A DNA stretch of 63,096 bases, counting the filler, from Trichomonas gallinae (Eukaryota): assembly GCA_008369845.1 (NCBI GenBank). It is 5 parts of 5 records of this genome, joined end to end, with 100 filler letters (N's around TTAATTAATTAA, not from the genome) between each part and the next. Parts side by side here need not be neighbours in the genome. Positions count along the whole stretch, not along the records: positions 1 to 31,625 come from MRSU01001483.1; 4 more parts are not named here. One strand, 5' to 3'. Position numbers and translations under genes: made by a program. Below are positions 1 to 13,200 of this stretch, piece after piece (position 1 is the first letter of the stretch; every line of letters begins with the position of its first letter). The notes beneath the pieces are model-generated. The model saw only the letters and a list, made by a program, of their open reading frames with translations, did not search any database and was not told the origin of the DNA.

Positions 1-1402
1 GACATCACAGCGCTCCAAAATAACTTATTAACTTTAACTCGTAAAGAAGGGCGTGAAATTGATATAATTATCAGGAAGAACTCGAATATAGTCCAATGGT
101 CTATGTTTTGTATTTCGTTGAAGAAACTGGATAAACTTGGACGCACAGAATCTTGAAATATCAAGTAAATTTGTTGGTCAATGTTTGTATTAAGTATATC
201 TAAGCCTTTGCAATAAATTTGCTTGGCTTTTTTCTCATAGAATCCTATTAATAAAAATGAAAATAAGCTAGACAAGCTGTCTTAGTTGACAGTTTCTGAC
301 AGGATCAGTCCTAATTCGAGTGGTTCTGTTGATATAAGCTCATTATAGTCGAATTGTTATAGTAATTTCAAAATATAATTTCCATTTTCAGCATCTTTAA
401 GAGCTAATTGTTTGAAAATAGGACAAATAATATGATATAATAGGATTTTATATCCTGATATGCAAAATACTGTTTAACTTGTTGATTAGTATAGTTTTAT
501 CCAAAGCTACCGTGAATAATAGTTGATGAGAATGATCCGCGCAAGATATTGTATACATCGCTAACATAGAAAGAGAGTATTACATATTTAAAATGTTTTT
601 GCGCATGATTAATGATGTGACGTCGTGATTCACGAATACGTCCAAATTTACAAAATGATTTGATGTATCTTATGTATACATATCATAAAATAATGCATAA
701 TTTAATGGTTATGTTCAAAACTGCAAATTAATGAATGATTTTGCGAAAATACTTGCAAGAGTACATTTTTCCAAAATTATTACGGTATATGATAGAATAT
801 CCACATCTGCATAGGGATCATGCATGTCAGAAGATCTCAACCCATATTTTAATTGAATCAATCGATGGCTAATCGTCAATTGAAAAGTCAATTTGAAAAA
901 ATCGTTTATTTTCTTAATACATTCGCGAGATTGATTATTTCAAATTTAATTTTTAAGTTTACAAAAACCGATAAGGAATATTGCACTTTTTGAAATAATC
1001 GTCACTTTTAATAAATTTCAAATAATTGACACTTTTATTCAATTCGGGCGAACGATTATTTTCACTTCAAATTTCAATGCAATTTAATGCTAAAATAGTC
1101 ATATATAAGATTTATGATATTTTTATCACATTTTTACCAAATGCTGGTGCGCCCGTAAATGGAAAGAGTGTAATATTGAGAAATACTCGGACCCATTATG
1201 TTTAATATGCCAGGTAATTTGGATCCGCCCATAGAACAAACTAGTTTTGCATACAAATTCTCGATGGGAGGTCGTTTGCTCCAGAAAAATTGAATGGAGA
1301 AAATCATTGATAAATATTTCTTTCTAAATATAGAGGAAATCATATTTATGCAAAATTTCAAACCATAGAAAATTTGAGGCGAACACAAATGAACTTTTAT
1401 CA

Positions 1403-2428
1403 ATGAGTGGAGATTTATATGAAATCCTTGGCGTATCAAGTCTCGCTACTAAGGATGAGATAAAGAAAAAGTATAAACAACTCGCCATGGAATACCATCC
1501 CGATAAAAACCCAGACAATGTCGAATATGCAAGCAAAAAATTCGCAGAAATCACGAATGCTTACAAAATTTTAATTGATGACAATGAAAGAAAGCGCTAT
1601 GATATGACAGGATCACTTTCTGGACGCAAAACATCAAGTCGTTCCAGTTATACAATGGGTGGACGCTCCCAGCTTGATGATTTGTATGATCAGTTCTATG
1701 GTCCTTCTGGTACTACCAATAACTCAGAGATTCCATCAAGAGTCAACTTATCTCCTCCAAGAATGCAATCTTGCCCTGCTCATGGAAATACGAATGCTGG
1801 TCCAAGATTTGCACCAAACACACAGACAAACAGTGATAGAATGAATTTCGGCGTTTTCTCAGCTGCACAGAGTGAAGTTGATGATGAGGAAGAAGAATCT
1901 GTAGCATCATTGATGGGTCCAATTACTGTTAAGGTGTATTGCACATTAGAAGAGTTACATAAAGGCACAAAGAAGACGTTTAAAGTCGCAAGATGCCGCG
2001 AAGGTGTACTAGAAACAAAGAATTGTACTGTTTCTTTATATCCAGGAATCGAGTCTGGTGCTGAAATCGTTGCATCAGGCCAAGGAAACAAACTTGTCAA
2101 TAGACCTGCCGATGATATCATTTTCAAAGTCATTGAAGTTCCACATCCGAAGTTCAAACGCATTGAAAATGACATCCAACAGACAATTCACGTGAATTTC
2201 AAGCAAGCAATGCTAGGGTTTACTATCAATACCATTGATATTGAAGGTAAACAAGTCACAAGAGATATTACTGGACCAATCCAGTCCGGACATACAGAAA
2301 TATTCCCAGAACATGGAATGGCAGTTCCTAAGTCTGAGCTTCGTGGTAATTTTATTATCAAAATCAAAATTGATTTACCAACAAAGCTCACACAGGAGCA
2401 GAGAAATGCTATTGAAAGGTTGTTTTGA
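1403..2428 (+). CDS. DnaJ/Hsp40 co-chaperone, class B-like (J domain plus C-terminal substrate-binding domain)
   Basis: N-terminal J domain DLYEILGV...YKQLAMEYHPDKN with HPD motif; C-terminal VYCTLEELHKG, HPKFKRIENDI and GMAVPKSELRGNFII match the DnaJ_C region; no zinc finger. Confidence 0.93.
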   Translation: MSGDLYEILGVSSLATKDEIKKKYKQLAMEYHPDKNPDNVEYASKKFAEITNAYKILIDDNERKRYDMTGSLSGRKTSSRSSYTMGGRSQLDDLYDQFYGPSGTTNNSEIPSRVNLSPPRMQSCPAHGNTNAGPRFAPNTQTNSDRMNFGVFSAAQSEVDDEEEESVASLMGPITVKVYCTLEELHKGTKKTFKVARCREGVLETKNCTVSLYPGIESGAEIVASGQGNKLVNRPADDIIFKVIEVPHPKFKRIENDIQQTIHVNFKQAMLGFTINTIDIEGKQVTRDITGPIQSGHTEIFPEHGMAVPKSELRGNFIIKIKIDLPTKLTQEQRNAIERLF

Positions 2429-2881
2429 GTTGTCATGTCTTTTTGCAATCTTAGATTGCTTGTTATTATATTTTTTTTATATTTTAAAGTTGTATATGTT
2501 TTAATGCTTTTTGTAACATATAAAACTATCTATATCTGCAAAATACAAATATTTTTTAAATGTTTAGCTATCAAACGCTTATTTTTATTACCCTTGAATT
2601 ATAATTGTTTAAAGAAAGTCGTAAAAGTTGCAATTTAAGCTTGATAGACTATATATATCATATACAACAGTTTTGGAAATTTTCTGGTGAATTTTTAAAA
2701 AAGAGAAAATGTATTTTTTATCTATATTTTTTAAAAATTTCATTTTTAAGATTTAAAAAGTCAATTTAATTAATAAATCATTGAGCAAATTAGATAAGGA
2801 TTATATATTTCTCATTAAAAACATTTTTGATGACTTTTTCTATTTTCTTTTATAACCTTTTTTTAGCTTTTTTAATTATAG

Positions 2882-3793
2882 ATGTCGCAGTTGGATGATA
2901 TCCTCGCGAAATTACTTGCGCTTCGTAAGCTCCCATACGGTACCCGATGCGCGATTACAGCAGATGATATTTTCTTACTTTGCCGATTAGTAAAACCGTT
3001 ATTCAGGAAACAACCATGCTTACTTGAACTTAAAGCAAACTTGGCAATTGTTGGTGACATACATGGCCAGTTTTACGACCTTTTGCGCATTTTTGAGAAA
3101 GTCGGATATCCTCCCGAGAAAAATTATCTATTTTTAGGCGATTATGTTGATAGAGGAAGCAATAGCTTGGAAGTTTTTTGCTTGCTCATGCTTTTTAAGA
3201 TCAAATACCCAGAAAATTTCTTCCTTCTCCGCGGAAATCACGAATCTCGAGAAATGAACAAAGTCTACGGATTCTATGCAGAATGTGTCAAGAAGTTTAA
3301 CGTCGCAATTTGGAATTCTATCGTAGATGTTTTTGATTATATGCCTTTTGCTGCAATTATTCAAGATAAAATATTCTGCGTTCATGGTGGAATATCTCCG
3401 ATCCTTAATAATGTTGCACAAATCAACGAAATCGAACGCCCTACAGAAATCCCAAGTTTTGGCCTGATCAGCGATATTGTATGGTCAGATCCAGTAGAAA
3501 ATGTTGATCTATGGTCAAACAGTGAACGACAGATTGGTTTTGGCTTCGGGAAGAAAGCTGTTGAGAATTTCTGCCAAAAAACGCAAATAGAAGTTATTGT
3601 CCGCTCTCATCAGGTGCAGATGGATGGATTCTCAATGCCAATACCTGGCTGTGAGAGTTGCATTGCTGTTTTCTCGGCTCCAAATTATGTTGGAGAATAC
3701 AGAAATAGAGGAGCTGTTTTGATAGTTGATCAAGATCTAGTATGCAGTTTTATTGTATTCAACCCTCTTGATTGGGCTCAGCAGCTGAAATAA
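2882..3793 (+). CDS. PPP-family Ser/Thr protein phosphatase, PP1-like
   Basis: GDIHGQ, GDYVDRG, LRGNHE, HGG, WSDP and SAPNY motifs all present; 303 aa. Confidence 0.95.
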   Translation: MSQLDDILAKLLALRKLPYGTRCAITADDIFLLCRLVKPLFRKQPCLLELKANLAIVGDIHGQFYDLLRIFEKVGYPPEKNYLFLGDYVDRGSNSLEVFCLLMLFKIKYPENFFLLRGNHESREMNKVYGFYAECVKKFNVAIWNSIVDVFDYMPFAAIIQDKIFCVHGGISPILNNVAQINEIERPTEIPSFGLISDIVWSDPVENVDLWSNSERQIGFGFGKKAVENFCQKTQIEVIVRSHQVQMDGFSMPIPGCESCIAVFSAPNYVGEYRNRGAVLIVDQDLVCSFIVFNPLDWAQQLK

Positions 3794-4112
3794 GATTTTT
3801 ATTTTTAATTATATCAATATCAACTTGCTGTGATATTGAGAACTCAATAATATGTTATTATACGTTTATTTATTTGTAAATTATATCATGATCCAAATCC
3901 ATTATTTTATTTATCAATCCAGCACTTGTGAAATCATATTAGACTCATTGTTAAATCCTATTCCAACTAAATCAATAGCTATACATGATTGGAATCCAAA
4001 ATATAATTTTTTTTTTTATAAAACTGATTCAAAACATGGAATTTGGATGCTTTTGGATTTCTTTATCAATAGATCTTTATATTGTTGTGCTTTTCATTTA
4101 ATCATTTCATTG

Positions 4113-7100
4113 ATGTTTTATTTCGTTTTTGTTCAGCTAGTATTTTCTCAAAATACAGTTGAGATGCTTGCTGAAGGGTTTGGTTCTACTCTTGAAACAG
4201 AAGCTTTAGCCTTTGTTTCTGAGAATTGCCCGCAATTTTATATCAAATATAAAAAATTCATCGATAATAACAAATTTAACAGTCGAGAAGAACTAATCTT
4301 ACAATCTGAAGCTATAATTCAACAACCTTTTCTTTCATTGCTAGATTTTTCATTAAGATCAAATTTATATAAACCAAAAGCTAGTACAATATTCAATAAT
4401 TCTGAAACTTCTAGACAAGCAAAAGGCTGGGGAGTCTTCACAACTCCGCAAGACATACAATACGATAGTTCTAATTTTCATTTCAAATTTTTATCAGCAT
4501 TTTCAAAGTTTACCGATTCATTAGAGCAACTTTCTTTCTTCAAAGATATGCTCAACAAAATGACAGATTATTTACCAGTAATTTCTGAAATGGAAGTTGA
4601 ATTAAATGTCAAAAGTAATTACAAACGCAAAACACCGCCATCAAATCCATTTATATTAGTTAATGGACAACAAACGAAACATGATTACTATAGCATATCA
4701 CGTGCTGTCGTTGATGAAGTAAAAATTCATGATGCATTAGTTACGAAATTGCATTTACCGCCAAGTGTTTTCGGGAATATTTCTACAGGACACAATTTCT
4801 TTGAAGTTAACCATTACACAGAACCGCCGCGTAAAGAAAATGGCTGCCATCTTGTAAATCCATCAGAGAAATATCACGAAAAACCAAAACCGAAAAGTTT
4901 TGACTTCACGAGCAGATCAACATTCTTAGACACGCCAACAAACAAATTAAAAGTCAACATAATCTTCGATTTGTCATCACCAGAGGCTCTCGCCTTGATG
5001 GATTACGTGTTCGACGTCGAGAAAAACGACAAATCAATAGATTTGACTGTTTTTCCAATCGCAAACAACGAAAAAGAAGAAGAAATCATGCTTGGTTTTT
5101 ACCATATCAAAAACTCTTGCTCAATGCGTGGCTCATTGCTTTATCTTTTCACAGGAATGAAAGATGGAAATTACAAAAAAGCATATAAAGAAGCTTTTCC
5201 AAACATAAAATGGGAAAAACTCCACGATAATCAATTTTACGAGAATGATATGAAGCAAATCAAAGAGATGCAGGAATATAAGGCAAAACATAACTTATCG
5301 CACGCTGAAATACAAATCAATGGACATTTTATTGAAGACGTTCCAAAATTTTTGTCAGCGGCTTCACAGATTGACATAGAAGTCGAAAGATTAATGGAAT
5401 TAGGCAAATTCAACTTGATAGACGTTGACACAGACTGGGACCAATACTTCATAAACAACTCCCTTCATATAGAAGCAACTCAGCCTCCAATAAGAATAAC
5501 AAATTCTGATGCTATAGATATATCAGATGCTTCATCAAATGATTTAGCAGAAACAGCAAATGAAATCTTTGAAAATATTGTTCATCAAAATACAAATGAC
5601 AAAACATTTGTTGTTTTAGTTGGTTATGAAGAGCAAATCAATGAACAAGCAACTATTTCTGTTATTAAAAATCCATCGAAAACATTTTTAAAGACAACGA
5701 AATTAACTTCAAAAACTGCGACGATTGTTGGCCCTTATTGCTTCCACAGGAGACTTTCACAATATGAAATAGAATATGCGGTCGGATATGTTCATTTAGC
5801 TTATTCTGCTGTTATTCCTTTGATGGATATTAAACAGAAAATCGTCACAACATTTTGGAGAGGCAACGATAGAAGAAGAGGAATTGAAAGATTCCATTGT
5901 CCCGACTCTTTCGCTATTATTAAACATGATCAGAACAACCCAATACAAATATGTATCAACATGGACCCATTTAGCGATGAAATGCCAATGGCTCTTGATG
6001 CAGTAAATGAAGTTGCAGCATCGAAAGTTGCAGGTGTTTCTATTTATGCGATTATACCTGAATTCGATGGACAATTTTATCCACCTGTTGCTAGAAACTT
6101 TATCTACCCAGATGAAAATGGAATAGTTAGCTATGATGGAGAAATATCAATGATTGAATATCCAAGGACTACTTGGGGAGTTGAGAAAACAAACGATAAT
6201 GTTTTCACAATCAAAAATATTTTTAACGACGGTTATGCAGTAAATTCTGATTATGTTGTTGCAAACAGAATCTACAAACCACTTGGATATGAGCATTGGG
6301 TTCCAATTGTTGGACCTGTTTCTGTTTATGATGATTTTGTTGTTGATTCATGGGTTCCACTTCGAAAAACTATTATCGGTCATCAAGGAATTCCAAATAT
6401 TAAATTCGACAATTCTCCACACATTGTCACATCGAATATTCCTACTTACACGAAATTCAAAGAGTGCTTTAACTCACTAATCGGCAACAAAGACCTTGTT
6501 GTTCATGTTCTATCGAATGAACCAGTTGACAAAATCAAAAAAGGTAAATTAGAAATTTTGCCGCTGTTTACTCACCCATCGATTCGCTGCGACGTTGCTT
6601 CAGATATTATCTGGAATTACTTCAAATTAGTTTACGCGAGTGTTCTTTCTTATAACAGCAAACTAGTTTTGGTGTCTGATGGCTCAGTCATGTGGAAGCG
6701 CGATCCAACATCTTTCGTAATCTTAGATATGAAAGGATGCATTATTGCTGCTCCTAAGTTCTCGGATTCAGCGAAAGCACAGAAAGGAAAGTATTGGATG
6801 GAAACAAAGAATATAAACAAGAGACTTGGAAGACCATTCCTTAATCCTTCTACTGTGATAATCGACAACGAAAAGTTCAATTGGAAATCAGATAATTCAA
6901 ATATTTTCTTCAATCAATGTTTGAAGAAATTTACAACAATGGAGATCAGTGACAACGGAGAAGATCTGATAAATGACCTCCAAACGTCAATACAAATGAT
7001 GACACTCGATCCAAATATTGGAGTTGTTAAAGAACACTGCACGGAGCAAGAATTCAAAGATTCTATATCATATGTTGTCAGTGATGAAGAAAATAATTAT

Positions 7101-7115
7101 GATTCTGAATTATAA
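4113..7115 (+). CDS. Divergent UDP-glucose:glycoprotein glucosyltransferase (UGGT/Kre5)-like ER protein
   Basis: Likely start is ATG 4113, in frame with ORF 3852, preceded by Inr-like TCATTT and followed by a short hydrophobic signal MFYFVFVQLVFS. Segments LETEALAFVSE, LLDFSLRSNLYKP, IIWNYFKLVYASVL, DMKGCIIAAPKFSDS, YW...RLGRPF...VIID and EDLINDLQTSIQMMTL resemble UGGT N-terminal and GT24 regions. Ends in DSEL, similar to an ER-retention signal. Confidence 0.65.
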   Translation: MFYFVFVQLVFSQNTVEMLAEGFGSTLETEALAFVSENCPQFYIKYKKFIDNNKFNSREELILQSEAIIQQPFLSLLDFSLRSNLYKPKASTIFNNSETSRQAKGWGVFTTPQDIQYDSSNFHFKFLSAFSKFTDSLEQLSFFKDMLNKMTDYLPVISEMEVELNVKSNYKRKTPPSNPFILVNGQQTKHDYYSISRAVVDEVKIHDALVTKLHLPPSVFGNISTGHNFFEVNHYTEPPRKENGCHLVNPSEKYHEKPKPKSFDFTSRSTFLDTPTNKLKVNIIFDLSSPEALALMDYVFDVEKNDKSIDLTVFPIANNEKEEEIMLGFYHIKNSCSMRGSLLYLFTGMKDGNYKKAYKEAFPNIKWEKLHDNQFYENDMKQIKEMQEYKAKHNLSHAEIQINGHFIEDVPKFLSAASQIDIEVERLMELGKFNLIDVDTDWDQYFINNSLHIEATQPPIRITNSDAIDISDASSNDLAETANEIFENIVHQNTNDKTFVVLVGYEEQINEQATISVIKNPSKTFLKTTKLTSKTATIVGPYCFHRRLSQYEIEYAVGYVHLAYSAVIPLMDIKQKIVTTFWRGNDRRRGIERFHCPDSFAIIKHDQNNPIQICINMDPFSDEMPMALDAVNEVAASKVAGVSIYAIIPEFDGQFYPPVARNFIYPDENGIVSYDGEISMIEYPRTTWGVEKTNDNVFTIKNIFNDGYAVNSDYVVANRIYKPLGYEHWVPIVGPVSVYDDFVVDSWVPLRKTIIGHQGIPNIKFDNSPHIVTSNIPTYTKFKECFNSLIGNKDLVVHVLSNEPVDKIKKGKLEILPLFTHPSIRCDVASDIIWNYFKLVYASVLSYNSKLVLVSDGSVMWKRDPTSFVILDMKGCIIAAPKFSDSAKAQKGKYWMETKNINKRLGRPFLNPSTVIIDNEKFNWKSDNSNIFFNQCLKKFTTMEISDNGEDLINDLQTSIQMMTLDPNIGVVKEHCTEQEFKDSISYVVSDEENNYDSEL

Positions 7116-7230
7116 TTTATAAATTAAAATATTGTTTATTTTCACCAAGAAAATTACCATATTTTCTATAAATTAGGTTTCTATGTATGAAATATTGTTC
7201 TAAAATTAAAATTTATTTCATTTCACTTCA

Positions 7231-10200
7231 ATGGGAAATGAAACTTCTGCGAATCAATCAGTAAGAACTACTCCTTATGCGAATTCAGCAGAAGAATTGT
7301 TTTTTCAGATGTTTGTCGTACAAGATGAGAAGCCTTTTCGCTCTGCAATCAAATATGCAGTTCAATCTCCGCATTTAATGCAAATTTTAATGACAAATTC
7401 AAAAATTTTAACGAAACAAGAAGAGGCAATACAATATTTGATCGATTATTCAGCAGGAGAAGAAGAACAAGAAAGTTTTCTGAAATCATATTTTCATCAA
7501 CTAGAAATCTCGAAAACACTAATGAATATACGCTTAATAGACAGAAATGTGAAACAATTGCCTATTGAACAAATCGATATTACAAATTTAATTTCGAAAT
7601 CATTATTAATCTTATTCGAGTACTTTTTCAACACACAGACAGATCCATCCATCATACAACAAGTAATTAGTGATTTTAATCAACTAAAACCTGTTCCTTC
7701 GATGACTTTACCAATAAAAGAATATTTATTAACAGATAATTCTTTTACAGGAGTTTTACCAATACCAACATTAGTACCACATGGTATGGTTTCAAATGGC
7801 AAGTTTCTTTTCTTATTAGGATCAGATTCATCGATACATATCTTTCCAATTGTAGATACTGGCTCAATATTGCCTCCAATTACAAAAACACTTGTTTTTC
7901 AACAAAACATCGCATCGAAGTTAAGCTACAACTCATCAGGAATCATTTGTCATTGCCAAAAAAGATTTTTCTTCCCATTTTACCAAATTTTGAGCGACGA
8001 AGAAGAGAAATATGAAGCAATGGATATGAAAAACGAGCCAATACGTGACATACAATGCATGTGCACAGATGGTGCCGTTTTAGTTACGATAGATTCCAGT
8101 TTAATTGTTTCTGTAACGAATATTGAAACAGGTGAATTGATTCATCAATGCAAACTATGTATAGGCAAGGAAGAACTAAACATAGAATGTCCTGAACTCA
8201 TGCCAGAGTCAATATTAGTCAATGCTCCAGTAGAAACAAACGGAAGTTCGTTGCTGTTTTTCATCAAAATTACAAACGAAAGACAATTTTTGATCAGAGA
8301 ATTTTCGTTGATCACAGGCATGCATATACACGATGAGATTATTGAAACAGAGGGTGCAATAGTTGGCGCCACACTTGATTTGATCCACAATATCCACTGG
8401 TTGGCAGTAAACATCGCAGGAAAAGTTGTCGTGAAAGCTTACCAATACTATGGAACTGATGATCCATTCTTGTACAATTTATTATTGCCTCCAGTTGTAA
8501 AAGAAAAGAAGGAACATGCTGCTGTATTAGTTTTAAGAGACTTAATCAAGATATTGATATCAAATCTCGGACCAAATCTTTATTACAAAATTGATTTTTC
8601 GCTCGAACAATATGTACCTTTACTCGGTCAGCTTTGTCCAATTATTGAGTCAACGACAAGAATGAATAACAAATACGCGCAGTACATTATTGAAGCATTC
8701 ATGCTAGCAATTGCAAAATGCACACCAGTCTTCATGAAAGAGATTGCATGCAAGAAGCAGTTAGTTTTCATTTTGACAAGATTGTTGCAACATTCAAATC
8801 CAAGATTTGTTGACTGGGGAATCTTTTTAGTTGTCCAATCATTCGATTCGAGAACTATTCCACTGGATTTATTATTGCAAGCAGTTCAAAAATCAAACAA
8901 TGCATTGCATTCATTATTTATGAGTCGTCTTTCATATTCTAATTTCTTCTCACTTTACGAAACTGTTGGTAATGAACTCGAAAAGTTAATCAAACAAAAA
9001 GGCCCATATACAATAATACATCCTCATCTCTTTACGATGTTATTAGTACAGCAAAGAGTAATTGTAAGAGAAGCAATTAAAGAACTAAATGAAGATGCTT
9101 TCGCTTCATCAAAATTATTATCCCACAAGATTGGCCGAGCATCGCCAATTGATACATTAACGGAATATATGAGAATCATTGTTCATCAGTTCACGAGCGA
9201 TTTATTCAGCTATTCAACATTTCCTCAACTCCATGAATCATTAATTCATCACATGTTTACTAACTTTTTGTATCTAGTTTGGGGAGTTGCAACGAATAAT
9301 ACTATCGCGCAATTTGTTTTGCCTTTATTCGCTGTCCTTCCTATGTCCATGAAGTCGTATTTCCAAGATATAAACATGGATCCATTCTCTAATGATGCTG
9401 CACAAAGGTCTTTCATTAATGTCGGCTTCAGTTTTGGTATTTTCGCAGCGACATTGATTCAAGGAGGAACATCAACGGTTTTCGAAGATAAATTTAAATG
9501 GCTTGTTAAACCAAACATGGATTTATGCGATCACACTGATGAATTAAACAAAATATTGACTTCAGAGATCACAGATGATTTTGTATTAAATGGAGAATCT
9601 AAAATCAAAGCTCTTCATGGATTTTGGAAGAATAAATTCCACAAAAACTTAAGCGAAGATGTCTTGAAGTTCGAAAGAATATATATTGCTTTACTTTTCA
9701 AATCAATGAATTTACAAGAAAAGTTTGAAAAGAGTTTAAAGGCGAAAAAGCTTGATCCAGAGCTAAGCAAGCCTTTAGATGCGATGTTTACCCTGAGAAT
9801 TACAATAGTATCAATGTTAAGAGAATCTAAACCAATTGACAAAATTTTAGAAAAAGGAAGAATTTTGTTGAACATGAAAATGGAATTTTCTCCAGAAGAT
9901 GATATTCCAAAATTAATTTCTGCTTATTTGTTATCAGAAGAACCAGCAGACACTGTTATTCATCTCATTGAGAACCAAAAGATTAGACTGGCATTGACAG
10001 ATACAGGATTCTCTTTAGTCAGAGAGTTATACAAGCAAAACATTCATCCGATGTTCAATCAAACAGTTTCTTCTTCTTTGTCAACAATGGGCAACTTCGA
10101 CAGTTTGGCAGCGATTTTGAGGTTTTCGCAAAGCTCAAATCACGTCTTTGTTAGTGAATTCTTGAACATGGTCATGAGTATCAACAATCCACACTTATTA

Positions 10201-13200
10201 CTAATCGTTCACAAAATGTTACACAGCCATTTGATTTCTAATGAAGAAATTGGAAAGTTTTTGTTACCGCTTTTCAACGATTTAATGAATCAGCCATTCA
10301 ACACAAGATTATTCGGCATATGCATCCATTTCGTCGCATATATTCCAGGAGCATTTCAAAGATTGTTAGATATGCTGCCAAATGACGAAAACTTGCTTCC
10401 ACTTCATTTGTTTTTGATCAATGATATTATCGACACAACAAAATCATGTTCAGTTGCCGTGTATAAGAAACTCCATCAGTTTGCTTTAGTATGCAAGTCG
10501 TCTTTGGCAAGAAACACAATTCTTGCTTTGGCATCTGCCCTTAAATTTGTTTCGATAAGAAGAGATCAAATGAAGAGAGATTTAACATTATTATTTGAAC
10601 ATATTGGGAAGTCTCTTATCGAAATGTCAGGATTGGTATTAGCTAACGAATATGTATCATTCTTCAGAGAAATGATGAGCGAAGAAAATTCAGAATCGTC
10701 CAAAATCATCAAAGAAATTTTGAAATCAGTAAATATCGAAAAATCGAAAGATTATCAGATTCTCGCAACTTTCGCATTGTTAGGTGGAAATATTGAAGTA
10801 GTAAGACCATACTGCACAGCACAAATACGCAAATCATTGGATACATATTCAAACTGTATAACAGATGGTAGCAAGACAGACAAAGTTTTCTTCGAGTTGC
10901 CATTTAATCATGATACGACAGCAATTCAAGTAAATAACTTTTTGATACAACCAGTTGCATCAGTTGAATTCAATCCGATATTCTTCCCAGAGTATGACTT
11001 TATTCTCTCTTTCTATGCTAAATGCACTGAAAGAATGAACACAATGATGGCAGCTGTTTATATTCAATCGTTGGCTTGTTACATGGCTGTCAAAGATTTC
11101 GTCAAAATTTTTGTTAGTTCACCATATTTCGATGATTGCATAACAAGACTTTCTTACTGCATGAATCCATTCGATAATATACAATACACGATCAACAATC
11201 TCATGGATATTACAACTAAACCACAAGTAGATCCATACGGAGACTTCGGAAGATTATACAATGAAAATTACAAATCTTATGTCTTGATGTCACCTTTACT
11301 AAAGAAAAACTCTGTTGCTGAAGTCAGTGTAAAAAGCAACGGAGAATTTAAAGGATTTATTGGCATCGTTGAAGACACTTACACTGAGAATTACCTTTAT
11401 CAGATTGTCCACTTCCCGTCAAATATCGTTTATCCTTCAAAATCTTCTGTCAGAGGAAATTCGCCAGGAAATGATTTCACTTTTACTGTTGACGAAGCCA
11501 AGAAAACAGTCAATATCGGAAAAGTAATGATTAAACTACCAAAATACTGCTATAACATCAGAGTAGTAGTGTCACCAGATGAAGGAGTTGTTTTGGACAC
11601 AATTCTTATAAATAATGCCGCCGAAGTTTTGGATTTGATGACACCATTCAAACCGGAAATTTTAGGCTACAATGGAGATTTCGAAAACAGCAGGTTGTAT
11701 GAATTCCCAGAATGGCTGAAGATGACCGCCAATGAGGCCAGAGACAAGCTCAACACAATACAAGAGCTGCCAAGATTTGAATTTTTGCTGACGAACGAAC
11801 TCGACGAAAATCACAGATCAACACCACCACCGAACAATATTCCACTTCACGCCAGTGAATGCACAAGTTTATCCAAAGTCATCTCAGATTCTGCTGCCAA
11901 TCACATTCTCGCACACTTAATCACACAATGGACAAGCGTTTTGATCATGAGGATTGTTATGAATGGTTATGCAGCGAACTTCCCAATCCCGAGAATGATG
12001 AGATTATTCTCGATGTTATTGACAATTTTAGAGCCACTATCTTTAATTGACTTGCACAGAGGAATATTCCCATTCAACATGGAAGTCAATATTTTGACTC
12101 CGCACGCACCAGTCAACAAGCTTAACTATGGATTGAGCAACAATGCAATTACTGCTTTGAACGAAATCTCAAAATTAGACGCTTTCAATCAGAATCTCAT
12201 CAAATACACACAGAACCTTGTCGCAAGGAAAGAAGCGCATTTATTGACAGATCCACTCATCCCTGTCATTTATCTTCCATACGGATCAGTAAACATGACG
12301 ACGAATATCGACGGAAAATCAAAGAAAGCTGACAAGCTTGTTGTCGCTTTCCCATCATTCAACAGATCTAAAGACATCAATGTTAGAGTTTTATCAAACA
12401 CAGTTCCATTCCCATTAGCATCAGATGCTGGGTCAATAACAATTGATTTTCTCAATCAAGATGATCTGCAGAATTCTTTGTGCGCTTTGTGCGTCTCAAA
12501 GTGGTACACTTCATGGACATTTGGAACAGTTTACGAGGTGCTTTTATTGCTGAGAACATTGCAGATGAGAAAGATTGATAGAGTTGATCCTGTTTTCACC
12601 AGATCAATGATGATTGACTTGTTGCTTACTCAGAGCCCATTCGCATGGATGTATTCGAGAAAATTGCTGAACTATTTCTCGCAAAACTTCTTGATGCAAG
12701 ACAACATCACATCTGATTATTTGTCCAGACTATTATTGCTTGCGACATTCATGGTATACTTCAGAAATAAAGTTGATGTACAAGTCACATCATTCTTCAT
12801 TCAAGAACAAAGAGCGATGACATCAAATCTTCCTTACATTTTAGCTCCTTACTTCCCAGAATTCTTAACAATGCCAATAGATGTTCCAACAGCTCCAGAA
12901 GTAAGAATACCACTGCCAAATCTCGATTTCTCTCCATCAGAGAAAGATATTCACAGTACTAATTTATTATATCAGAACTTAATAATTCCGAGACAAACAT
13001 TTGAAGGATTTCCATTCTACGAAATTATTCCTTTGTGGCTTTCATTAATTGACTCCGAAGATAAGAAGCCATTCGAGTATTCTAAGGTACAAATTACGAG
13101 AATTACTGACTGCAGGTTGAAATTTACTAATCCGAATTTAGCGCATTGCAGGATGAAATTCTCTTACAAGCAAAATGCCTTAGGTTCTTCTTACATAGAG

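Noticed and set aside
1..606. Minus-strand coding-like sequence after an Inr-like TCACATCATT and ATG at 606
   Set aside because: Stops in all frames and no recognisable domain; may be a decayed gene but cannot be supported.
1134..1554. Minus-strand ORFs overlapping the DnaJ start
   Set aside because: Antisense or AT-rich chance ORFs without motifs.
3852..4112. 87-aa N-terminal extension of the UGGT-like ORF
   Set aside because: Intergenic-like composition; the Inr and signal peptide fit ATG 4113.
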